Assembly: GCA_944393245.1 (NCBI GenBank)
Contig: CALXZM010000003.1
Span: 14,151 to 78,150 of the forward strand
DNA length: 64,000 nucleotides
Direction of reading: 5' to 3'
Source of the DNA: an uncultured Alphaproteobacteria bacterium
GTDB taxonomy: Bacteria > Pseudomonadota > Alphaproteobacteria > Rs-D84
Part shown: one piece after another, positions 19,560-27,532 of the stretch
Layout: each line of letters begins with the position of its first letter
Numbering within the stretch: the stretch's first letter is position 1
Translations under genes and position numbers: made by a program
Notes under the pieces: generated by a model
What the model was told of the DNA's origin: nothing
Seen by the model: only the letters and a program-made list of their open reading frames with translations
Databases searched by the model: none

Positions 19560-19940
19560 ATGAAAAAACTGTTACAGAAATTCGGTGTCGCTGGTATCGT
19601 TGTTTTGGCGGGTGGGGCCGCTGCATTGGCGGCCGGTCCCGCTGGTGTTGGGGTAGATCAATCCGGATTATGCGCACTGATTGGACAAATGCAGGGTGTG
19701 TTTAAAATTTTGCGTACATTGGCGTTTGTTGGTGCGGCGTTCATTATCGCTGGATGGGCGTGGGGTTATATTTCCAGTGGCAAGTTTGAAATGGAAGATT
19801 TGCGTAAAAAGGGTACCGGTATGCTGGTCGGGTTCGTTTTGTTATTCGGTATCGGTATAGTGTTACAGTTCTTCCTGTCGTCGGCCGGTTTGGAATTGAT
19901 TGGCTGCCAGGATGTGATTTTGAACTGGGGCAATGTGTAA
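19560..19940 (+). CDS. VirB2/TrbC-like type IV secretion pilin candidate (orphan)
   Basis: 126 aa. Long signal peptide, then two hydrophobic helices separated by a short charged loop (GLCALIGQMQGVFKILRTLAFVGAAFIIAGWAWGY / GMLVGFVLLFGIGIVLQFFL). Size and topology match the VirB2/TrbC family. No other T4SS genes lie nearby. Confidence 0.45.
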   Translation: MKKLLQKFGVAGIVVLAGGAAALAAGPAGVGVDQSGLCALIGQMQGVFKILRTLAFVGAAFIIAGWAWGYISSGKFEMEDLRKKGTGMLVGFVLLFGIGIVLQFFLSSAGLELIGCQDVILNWGNV

Positions 19941-19952
19941 TATAAGATAAAA

Positions 19953-19989
19953 AACGGGGCGACCGTTTGGTCGCCCCGTTTATTTATTT
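19953..19989. terminator. Bidirectional intrinsic terminator (AACGGGGCGACC-GTTT-GGTCGCCCCGTT)
   Basis: 12-bp perfect stem flanked by A-run and T-run. Sits between the convergent genes ending at 19940 and 19996. Confidence 0.7.
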
Positions 19990-19995
19990 GAATTT

Positions 19996-20931
19996 TTATC
20001 TTAAACTTTGTTTTGCAAATTTATTTATAAATTTTCGTTCCATTTTCTTTAATTCACCAGTTAGTTGGGAAATTGACTTTTGGGATATGTCCTGTTCCGG
20101 GGGACGGTTTGTTTGCTGAATCATTTTTACGCGGTTGTTTATTAATTCTGTGTACAGGATTTCTGTGAATTTGTTGAAATTCATGTTCGGGTTTTCGTCC
20201 AGTTTGGATATGGCGCGATTTAACGCATTCCTGCGCGCCAGTAATGAATGAACGCCCATATAATCATATATTTTGCCACGAATGTTATAGTAATCTTTTA
20301 TTGTATTTATGTCCGATGTGTAAAAAAATGCGCGGTGTAACATGTTATTAAATTGGCGCATGTTTGCATTGTTTCTGTGTGCGATGCCGTTTATTATTTT
20401 GTTTGATTGTGTCAGGGCGTTGCGCTGATAAATTCGGGCGAATTTATATGACATGTTATATAATTCTGTGAATTTTATGCCGGGATTCATAAAGTATAAT
20501 TGGGCAAATATCATTCGGCCCCATGGTTGTAATATTTTCCAACATGCATATCTGGTCAATTTGGCGTCTGGGCCATTTTTACGCAATGTGTTGCCAAATA
20601 TGCTGTTGATTATGTAATCATGATTGATTTTTACAGCATGGTCGGTATAGAAAGATTCAAATGTTTTTGGTTGTGCAATGCCGTTTGGTGTTTGGGGATA
20701 AACTGATTTAAAATCTGTTGGATGAATGTTTTCTAAAACAGTATCCATTATATTGTCATGTTTGCCCACATATGATTCACCAAATAAATTATACAAATCC
20801 GAAAACAACCAATATTCTGTATCGTTTAATTCAGTATCGGTTGGAAATAATGTCGGTTGAATATTTTCGTTTACACGATGTTTTGTGCTTTGCAGGATTC
20901 TGTACGTTGATTCATATATTTTTGATGCCAT
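19996..20931 (-). CDS. DinD/Bro-N-like protein (DNA-damage-inducible protein D homolog; phage antirepressor-type N-terminal domain)
   Basis: 311 aa. EYWLFSDLYNLFGESYVG...LTRYACWKILQ resembles the Bro-N core of E. coli DinD (EFWSARDLAPLLDY...SRYACYLVVQ). The C-terminal IYDYMGVHSLLARRNALNRAISKL resembles DinD ILDHMGSTELAANLFRATQTEEKL. The 4-bp gap to the upstream RHH gene indicates an operon. Confidence 0.5.
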   Translation of the reverse strand: MASKIYESTYRILQSTKHRVNENIQPTLFPTDTELNDTEYWLFSDLYNLFGESYVGKHDNIMDTVLENIHPTDFKSVYPQTPNGIAQPKTFESFYTDHAVKINHDYIINSIFGNTLRKNGPDAKLTRYACWKILQPWGRMIFAQLYFMNPGIKFTELYNMSYKFARIYQRNALTQSNKIINGIAHRNNANMRQFNNMLHRAFFYTSDINTIKDYYNIRGKIYDYMGVHSLLARRNALNRAISKLDENPNMNFNKFTEILYTELINNRVKMIQQTNRPPEQDISQKSISQLTGELKKMERKFINKFAKQSLR

Positions 20932-20934
20932 TTT

Positions 20935-21189
20935 TTACACCAATGTTTGTTGTTGCGGGGCAGGTTGGGCGTCAGCACTGACCAATGAATACAGGACAGA
21001 TGATATTAGTAATTGGTATGGAACGTGTTGTTGTTCTGCCAGTTTTTTTATGCGTTCCAATATTTGATGGGGAATTCGCATGTTTATGACACTGTCTGAT
21101 TTGTTAAATGCGCGATATGCTGCGTATTCTTTTAACAGTGCTTCGATATTCATTATGAATAATTGCTGCATTACGTTTGGCATACACAA
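20935..21189 (-). CDS. Ribbon-helix-helix DNA-binding protein, BrnA-antitoxin-like
   Basis: The C-terminal half INMRIPHQILERIKKLAEQQHVPYQLLISSVLYSLV matches the BrnA/CopG-type motif (..itiRld.dvlewfk..a...g.gYQtlIN.vLreyv). TTG/ATG start. No BrnT-like toxin ORF is found upstream. Confidence 0.5.
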   Translation of the reverse strand: MCMPNVMQQLFIMNIEALLKEYAAYRAFNKSDSVINMRIPHQILERIKKLAEQQHVPYQLLISSVLYSLVSADAQPAPQQQTLV

Positions 21190-21459
21190 TCTCCTATACC
21201 GACGACAATACCACAGTACTTACAATTGACTATATCACTGTATTGACGCTTGTCAATACATTTGTAATTATGGGTGTCAACACGGCTGTAATTACGGTTG
21301 TGGGGGCGTTTGTGTTGTTTGGTGTGTTGTGGTACAAAAAACATTTATGTGTTGTAAATTTTTGTCTGGTTTTAGTGCTGTGGTGGGCGCGATTTCTTGC
21401 TTTTTTATGAACATGTGTATAAAATGGTTGTATTCTGATTATGGAAAGGATTTATTGTT

Positions 21460-22779
21460 ATGATTAAAAAGTTTTTTTATGTGTTTATGCTGTGTGCTGT
21501 ATTCAGCGTGCCTGCACGTGCAGAATTAAAGGTTGATATTGTTGCCGGGGCCACTGAACCAGTATCAATCGCGGTTCAAAAATTGGAAACAGTTGGTAAA
21601 GTTAATCCCGATGATGCAAAAATGATACGCGATGTGGTGGATGCTGATTTGAAATCTACGGGATTGTTCAGAATTGTTTCAAGGGATGCGTTGCCTGAAT
21701 TTGTTGAAATGGGAAAAATGCCTGATTTTCAATTATGGTCCGCGGTAAAGGCCCAGGTTTTGGTTCAGGCAAAATTGGCCGCTGAATCCGGGGGACGGTA
21801 TAATTTGGAATTCTATGTTTGGGACGTCAATGGCAAAGAGCAGATAGAGGCACAAAGTTTGGTCGCGTCAAAAAAATCTGCGCGCCGTTTGGCCCATATT
21901 ATGGCAGATGCAATTTATGAACGTTTAACCGGCGAAGTTGGCTATTTTGATACTCAAATTGTTTTTATTGCCGAAAGTGGGCCGGTACAAGATCGCGTAA
22001 AACGTATGGCTATTATGGACCAGGACGGACATGGAATGCGTTATTTGTCAGACGAAGATACTTTCGTTATGTCGCCACATTTTTCGCCGAATATGCAAAC
22101 TGTTGTCTTTCTGTCGTTCAGGGATGATGACCCAATGGTTTGGACGTTGGATTTAGAAACAGGGGAACAGCGTCGTTTGGGACAATTTGGGGGAATGAAC
22201 TTTGCGCCGCGCTTTTCACCAGATGGGACTAAAATCGCATTGTCGTTGGTTAAAAATGGAATTACGCATATATATGAATATGATATTGCGTCAAAAAAAC
22301 TGCGTCAATTGACGTTCGGATATTCTTTGAATACCAGTCCGTCTTATTCCCCAGATGGTAAAAAAATGGCATTTAATTCAGATCGCAGTGGTAATCAGCA
22401 GATTTATATACTGGATTTAGAATCTGGTGATGTTGAACGCATAACGTATGGGGCGGGGCGGTATGCAACACCTGCGTGGTCCCCAGACGGTAATTTTATC
22501 GCGTTTACAAAAATGGCGGATGATACATTCTATATCGGCATTATGGATCCGCGTGGCCGTAATGAAAAAATATTGGCCGGTGGCTGGTATATGGAGGCCC
22601 CATCTTGGGCACCAGGATCACGGCGGTTGGTGTATTATGAAACTGAAAAATCGTTGGACGGTATGGAACGTTTCAGTCATATTCGCAGTGTGGATATAAC
22701 CGGACAAAATATTTATGATATAGAATTGCCTGATGGCGTTTATGGGGTTGAACCGACATGGTCACCAAAATTGCCATAG
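21460..22779 (+). CDS. tolB: Tol-Pal system beta-propeller protein TolB
   Basis: Signal peptide, N-terminal TolB domain, and repeated S(P/W)SPDG beta-propeller blades (FSPDGTKIA, YSPDGKKMAF, WSPDGNFIAF). Confidence 0.85.
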   Translation: MIKKFFYVFMLCAVFSVPARAELKVDIVAGATEPVSIAVQKLETVGKVNPDDAKMIRDVVDADLKSTGLFRIVSRDALPEFVEMGKMPDFQLWSAVKAQVLVQAKLAAESGGRYNLEFYVWDVNGKEQIEAQSLVASKKSARRLAHIMADAIYERLTGEVGYFDTQIVFIAESGPVQDRVKRMAIMDQDGHGMRYLSDEDTFVMSPHFSPNMQTVVFLSFRDDDPMVWTLDLETGEQRRLGQFGGMNFAPRFSPDGTKIALSLVKNGITHIYEYDIASKKLRQLTFGYSLNTSPSYSPDGKKMAFNSDRSGNQQIYILDLESGDVERITYGAGRYATPAWSPDGNFIAFTKMADDTFYIGIMDPRGRNEKILAGGWYMEAPSWAPGSRRLVYYETEKSLDGMERFSHIRSVDITGQNIYDIELPDGVYGVEPTWSPKLP

Positions 22780-23192
22780 GGCGCGTGGTCAAAATACTTT
22801 GTTGGTCTGTGATGTTTGGGGCGGGCGGGGCATGTGCCACGCCCGCAATTGTTGATTATGTTATTGATGGTGATACTTTTGCAGCGCGACTGTTGTTTGA
22901 TGACGGCATAAAAATAAAGGTGCGTGTTCGTGTTGCTGATATAGATACGCCTGAAATAAATGGGATGTGTGAATCTGAAAAAGTTATGGCAAATCGGGCG
23001 CGGGACAGGTTGGTGGAATTAATGCCCGTGGGTACAGTGGTGGAACTGGTTGATATTACAGACGATAAGTATTTGGGACGTATTGATGCAGGCGTCATAT
23101 TGCCTGATGGGCGTAATTTGTCGCGTATAATCACAGACGAAGGACTGGGGCGGTCATATAACGGTGGTAAACGTATGTCGTGGTGTAAATAA
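22758..23192 (+). CDS. Secreted staphylococcal-nuclease (SNase/thermonuclease)-like protein
   Basis: Signal-like N-terminus, then VIDGDTF...VRVADIDTPE...GR motifs of the SNase fold. Overlaps the tolB stop by 22 nt. Start uncertain (alternative ATG at 22812). Confidence 0.6.
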   Translation: MVTKIAIGRVVKILCWSVMFGAGGACATPAIVDYVIDGDTFAARLLFDDGIKIKVRVRVADIDTPEINGMCESEKVMANRARDRLVELMPVGTVVELVDITDDKYLGRIDAGVILPDGRNLSRIITDEGLGRSYNGGKRMSWCK

Positions 23193-23194
23193 AA

Positions 23195-23225
23195 ATCCTG
23201 CACAGGTTGCAGGATTTTTATATTT
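23195..23225. terminator. Bidirectional intrinsic terminator (ATCCTGCA-CAGGT-TGCAGGAT + T-run)
   Basis: 8-bp perfect stem with A5 upstream and T5 downstream. Separates the SNase-like gene (+) from plsC (-). Confidence 0.6.
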
Positions 23226-23228
23226 TTA

Positions 23229-23936
23229 TTATGCGCTGTGGCGATTGATTGCCGCCCCAATTTCATCCAATGATGCGGTGCATGGTAACATTGGTTCAAA
23301 CCACAGGTGGGCCGTGCCAGAATGCATTTTACCATGCTTTGGCCAATATTTACCTGAATCAGTACCAACGGGCAATATCGGCAGTTTTAATTCATGTGCC
23401 AGAAATAATAATCCGCGCTTTATTTTTACCGGATGGCCGGGTTTTGTACGTGTACCTTCGGGAAATATTATCAGGTTTTGGCCGTCCATTATTTTTTTCG
23501 CAACTGCGTGGGTTAATTTTTTCATGTTGGTGGCACCACGTGCGCGATTTACCGGTTGCAGACCCATCCGCCAGAATGCCCAACCGTATACAGGAATCCA
23601 TAATAATTCGCGCTTTATTATGAAAAAGAAATTAGGTACATGAACGGTTAATATGGCAACTTCTAAGATAGACATGTGTTTTGCAGCAATTATGGATTTG
23701 CCGTCAAATCTGATGTTGCCGTTACGCGCAACTGGAATACCGTTTTCTTCGACCGGCGGATAGTGGATTTCATATTTTATGCCCGCTATGTAATGTGACA
23801 GACCCAATACGCCCATGGCACATACGCGAATTAAAAAACGTATTAAGCGTTTTGATATTAGTCCAATTAATAATATCGGCGACCATAAAATAAAATATGT
23901 GTATAATACTACCTTGAAAATAATAGTTCTTAACAT
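23229..23936 (-). CDS. plsC: 1-acyl-sn-glycerol-3-phosphate acyltransferase family protein
   Basis: N-terminal TM helix. Acyltransferase blocks AAKHMSILE (HX4E/D-type) and IFPEGTRT. Confidence 0.7.
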   Translation of the reverse strand: MLRTIIFKVVLYTYFILWSPILLIGLISKRLIRFLIRVCAMGVLGLSHYIAGIKYEIHYPPVEENGIPVARNGNIRFDGKSIIAAKHMSILEVAILTVHVPNFFFIIKRELLWIPVYGWAFWRMGLQPVNRARGATNMKKLTHAVAKKIMDGQNLIIFPEGTRTKPGHPVKIKRGLLFLAHELKLPILPVGTDSGKYWPKHGKMHSGTAHLWFEPMLPCTASLDEIGAAINRHSA

Positions 23937-23959
23937 GCTGTTTTTTTCCTTTTTTAAAA

Positions 23960-24469
23960 TTAACCTTCTTTGATTCCAAACAAAGTTGCGATGTATTTTA
24001 TATATTCAATGGTCCATCTTTCAAGTCTTTTCGTAACGGGCATGTCTGTTAGTGGTACGGGACAGGCAACAATTTCTGAATATGGTAATTCGTGTTCTAT
24101 TAGGTATTTTGCACGGTTCATGTGATCTTCGGTTGTGATGACGACAATTCTGTCCAGACCAGTGCGTTGTGCAATTTCCTTTATCGCCAATGCGTTTTGA
24201 TATGTGGATTTTGAATCTGATTCAATTGTAACGCGGCGGGCCATTTCGTATGAACCATTTGTACCAGCGCCAATTATATATAAATCTGTGCCGGGGTGTT
24301 TGCGCAATTGACGCATGGCAAATGGAATTCGGCGCATGTCACCTGTTAAAACAAATATGGTGTCGTCCGGCAAAATTGTTGCGCATTTACGCGGTGCCAT
24401 CGATTTAAATACCATTCCGCCAATTACAAAACACGTTATTATCAATAAAGATGGGGTTAATAATTTCAT
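23960..24469 (-). CDS. DUF218 (YdcF/SanA/ElyC-family) protein
   Basis: N-terminal TM. The VLTGD..R and IIGAGTNG..E..R pattern matches the YdcF/ElyC periplasmic domain. Confidence 0.55.
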   Translation of the reverse strand: MKLLTPSLLIITCFVIGGMVFKSMAPRKCATILPDDTIFVLTGDMRRIPFAMRQLRKHPGTDLYIIGAGTNGSYEMARRVTIESDSKSTYQNALAIKEIAQRTGLDRIVVITTEDHMNRAKYLIEHELPYSEIVACPVPLTDMPVTKRLERWTIEYIKYIATLFGIKEG

Positions 24470-25311
24470 TAATCATTCTTTAAAATACTGATTGTGGTAC
24501 GACGTGTAATCCATATTGCAAAAATTATTATTGCAATCGGCAATAAAAACAGCGCAAACCATCCCCAGCCAGATATTCCCAACATGGCCATTAATCCAAC
24601 GCGGGCACTGTGTGCCGCGCCCAATATCAGCATCAATACCGGGGCCGCAACCACGAATCCCGCACCGCCGGCAACAATACATATTTTGGCAATAATTATT
24701 TGCATTTGACGGGCAACGTATGCATCTGTTGCGCCGATTTGATTCAATATTTCCAGTTCACGTCTGTGCAGTAATGCGGTGTTGCGGGCAATGTATGAAA
24801 TACACAAACCAATCGCCCCCAGGGTCAGCAATAACACAAACGATGAAATTAAAATCATTTTCCACCCGGCGGATGTTGAACTTTTTAATGCCTGGGCATG
24901 GGTTAGAAAGCGTGCACTGGTCCCGATTTGCTGTTTTACGGATTCTAAATCATCGGTTGAATTAAATTGTAATTCATACATTTTTGGCAGATAGTTTTCC
25001 AATGCGTCACCACCGCCAGACAGCCATGGACGCAGCAAATCATGCATTTGTTCGGTTGTTATTTCCGTTACGGATTCCATTTTGTCTGAATTTTTATCGA
25101 TTATCTGTTTTACGGAATCGATGTTTTTAGGATTCATAACCTGTATCGTGGCAGTTAAATCCCATTGGGCATTCCAACGTACAACGCCGGTGCCAATTGC
25201 CAAAACTATGCCGAATGCCAACACCGCTAAAAATGTTAACAGTGCCATAATTGCCGTCATAAATACGGATTGATCGCGAACCAATGAAAATACAATCGGT
25301 TTTTTTGTCAT
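24469..25311 (-). CDS. ftsX: Cell-division ABC transporter permease FtsX-like
   Basis: 280 aa. TM1, a ~100-aa periplasmic loop, then three C-terminal TMs. Immediately downstream of an FtsE-like ATPase, start adjacent to its stop. Confidence 0.7.
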   Translation of the reverse strand: MTKKPIVFSLVRDQSVFMTAIMALLTFLAVLAFGIVLAIGTGVVRWNAQWDLTATIQVMNPKNIDSVKQIIDKNSDKMESVTEITTEQMHDLLRPWLSGGGDALENYLPKMYELQFNSTDDLESVKQQIGTSARFLTHAQALKSSTSAGWKMILISSFVLLLTLGAIGLCISYIARNTALLHRRELEILNQIGATDAYVARQMQIIIAKICIVAGGAGFVVAAPVLMLILGAAHSARVGLMAMLGISGWGWFALFLLPIAIIIFAIWITRRTTISILKND

Positions 25312-26109
25312 TTATGCATTTCCAATATCTTCGAATTGTTTGGATAATTCCGTGAAGTAGTTTTGTGGCTTGGGTCCCTTCCATATTTTTTTTGTTGCAT
25401 CGGATGGCGCAGTTTTTTGTGTTGTTGTGTTATTAATAAAACTTACCCGATGGTTTTCAACATGTATTACTGGGAATTTGTATGTTTCCATCAGTTTGGT
25501 ACTGTGTGTTGCCAAAATTATTGTTGTGCCGAATGTCTTATTCATTTGCACAAACAATTCCATCAGACGTGATGCGTTTTCATCGTCCAGATTACCCGTC
25601 GGTTCGTCGGCCAATAAAATTGCAGGCTGTATAATAATCGCGCGTGCGACGGATACACGCTGTTGTTGGCCGCCGGATAGTGTTTTTGGATTTGCGTCCG
25701 CATATTTGGCCAGACCAACCCATTCTAAAACCTTTATAACTAATTTTTTTATTTTTGATTCAGATAACCCGCGTACGCGCAGTGGCAACGCAACATTATC
25801 AAATACTGACATGTGCGATAGCAGGGAATATTCCTGAAACACGATGGCCATTTTATGGCGCAATTTTGCGATTTCGTCGCGGGTCATATCGTTTGTTATG
25901 CGTCCGAATAATTTTATTTGCCCGCGACATGGTTTATGTAATTGGTAAATTAATCGCAGTAATGTTGTTTTACCTGCGCCCGATGCACCGGACAGAAAAT
26001 AAAACGCGCCCGCACTGATGTTAAATGACACGTCGGACAGGACTTCGCGTGCATTATCGTCATAGCGCGCGCCAACGTTTGCAAAAGATATTGCGGTGTT
26101 GTCTGACAT
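25312..26109 (-). CDS. ftsE: Cell-division ABC transporter ATP-binding protein FtsE-like (with ~40-aa C-terminal extension)
   Basis: Walker [10 protein letters not shown], signature [15 protein letters not shown], Walker [14 protein letters not shown]-loop ATHS. Confidence 0.8.
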   Translation of the reverse strand: MSDNTAISFANVGARYDDNAREVLSDVSFNISAGAFYFLSGASGAGKTTLLRLIYQLHKPCRGQIKLFGRITNDMTRDEIAKLRHKMAIVFQEYSLLSHMSVFDNVALPLRVRGLSESKIKKLVIKVLEWVGLAKYADANPKTLSGGQQQRVSVARAIIIQPAILLADEPTGNLDDENASRLMELFVQMNKTFGTTIILATHSTKLMETYKFPVIHVENHRVSFINNTTTQKTAPSDATKKIWKGPKPQNYFTELSKQFEDIGNA

Positions 26110-26196
26110 ATTAAAAATAATATTAAAAAAAGATTATACGGTCAAGGCATACATAAAAATAAAAATGCGCATACTGCACATTTTTATTTAAATTTA

Positions 26197-26604
26197 TTAT
26201 TCGTTCACTTCAACCGTTTTTGTTGTGGAATTACGGTTCAGTGCCCATACTTCTTCGCCCGTGCCAGGATATTGTGGGCGTTCTTTGCCGTATGATATTG
26301 TTTTTATTCTTTCTGGTTCAATGCCGTCGGCAATTAAAACATGTGCTGCATTACCCGCACGCAATGCCCCCAGTGCCAGATTGTATTCCGTGGAACCACG
26401 TTCGTCACAGTGACCTTCTAGTACGACATTAACATTTGGATTTGTTTTCATATATAATGATTGTTGTTCCAAATTTTCACGTGATTCATCCGTAATAACA
26501 GCAGAATCAAATGCAAAGAAAACTTTGTCGTCATTTATATCGGACGGCACACCACTGCACGCCGCCAACCCCAGCATAACAAAGCATAAAGAAACTTTTT
26601 TCAT
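26197..26604 (-). CDS. pal: Peptidoglycan-associated lipoprotein (OmpA-like domain)
   Basis: Lipobox MLGLAA|C, and OmpA-like C-terminal domain (NPNVNVVLEGHCDERGSTEYNLALGALRA). Confidence 0.8.
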   Translation of the reverse strand: MKKVSLCFVMLGLAACSGVPSDINDDKVFFAFDSAVITDESRENLEQQSLYMKTNPNVNVVLEGHCDERGSTEYNLALGALRAGNAAHVLIADGIEPERIKTISYGKERPQYPGTGEEVWALNRNSTTKTVEVNE

Positions 26605-26711
26605 TGTTTATTCCATCCTTGTTGCAACAGCAATTTTAATTACATATTAAGAATTTAGCAAATTTTATAAAAAGTTGTCAATATGTGATTTTCCACTTTT
26701 TTTACATGGGG

Positions 26712-26726
26712 CGTTTATGGTATAAT
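26712..26726 (+). promoter_or_regulatory. Extended -10 promoter element TGGTATAAT upstream of the outer-membrane protein gene
   Basis: TGnTATAAT at 26718-26726, 28 nt before the start codon. RBS AAGGAAGGA follows. Confidence 0.4.
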
Positions 26727-26753
26727 GGCATTAACATAAAAAGGAAGGAAAAT

Positions 26754-27470
26754 ATGAAAAGATTGGTTTCTTTGGCTGTTTTGTGCGGTTTGACTGTACC
26801 TGCATTTGCCGCGCCCAGTTATTTGACGCGTGATGGTAATGGCGGATACGTCGTTACATATGATTACACGGACAAGGCGAAAACCGGATGGTATGTTGGT
26901 GGGCGTGCCGAATTGGGATTCTGGAACTGGGAAAACAAGTACAGTGTGGACAGTGATTTGGCTGCGGACGAGGCGTTTAATAGCGATAAGTATTCGTTTG
27001 AACCCGCATTTGGTGGCAGTATATTTGGTGGAAAACGCTTTGCGTATTTCTGGCGCGCTGAATTGGAGGCCGGATATCTGGGCTATTTCAAGGATAAAGA
27101 TGCGGCCGCAGAATTTACTATGCAGATTCCGTATGTAATGCTGAACGGATATTATGATTTTACAAACGGTTTGTATCTGGGGGCAGGTGTTGGACTTGCG
27201 ATGCCAATAACGACAATAGATATGGTTTGGGCCGATGGTTCTGATCGTACTGAATACGGTGTTGCACCGATGGCCGGTGTAATGTTGGGATATTCATATA
27301 AATTGGATTATAATCTGGTGTTGGATATTCGTTATCGTTTGGCTGGCATGACCGGAATTGATCAACGTATAAATAATTTGACGACTGGGACAACCAATCA
27401 TTGGTTCCAAAATGACATTGATTTTATCCTGGATAATTCAATATCAATTGGTATCAGATATGAATTTTAA
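26754..27470 (+). CDS. Outer-membrane beta-barrel protein (OmpA-like/Omp25-type small porin family)
   Basis: Signal peptide MKRLVSLAVLCGLTVPAFA, alternating amphipathic beta strands, and a C-terminal aromatic residue (...GIRYEF). Confidence 0.7.
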   Translation: MKRLVSLAVLCGLTVPAFAAPSYLTRDGNGGYVVTYDYTDKAKTGWYVGGRAELGFWNWENKYSVDSDLAADEAFNSDKYSFEPAFGGSIFGGKRFAYFWRAELEAGYLGYFKDKDAAAEFTMQIPYVMLNGYYDFTNGLYLGAGVGLAMPITTIDMVWADGSDRTEYGVAPMAGVMLGYSYKLDYNLVLDIRYRLAGMTGIDQRINNLTTGTTNHWFQNDIDFILDNSISIGIRYEF

Positions 27471-27482
27471 CACAAAATGCTG

Positions 27483-27512
27483 TTGACCCGATTCGTGTAA
27501 TTGTGATATTAT
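27483..27512 (+). promoter_or_regulatory. Candidate sigma70 promoter (TTGACC-N18-TATTAT) for the repeat-protein gene array
   Basis: -35 TTGACC at 27483-27488, -10 TATTAT at 27507-27512, 20 nt upstream of the ATG at 27533. Confidence 0.35.
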
Positions 27513-27532
27513 TGTATAGGTAGAGAGAATTG

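Noticed and set aside
21177-21410. 77-aa hydrophobic + strand ORF, and a 57-aa Cys-containing minus-strand ORF, in the RHH/tolB divergent intergenic region
   Set aside because: There is no convincing RBS, and the AT-rich promoter region yields chance ORFs. The minus-strand ORF overlaps the RHH gene start. No BrnT-like toxin motif is present. This call could be revisited with expression data.
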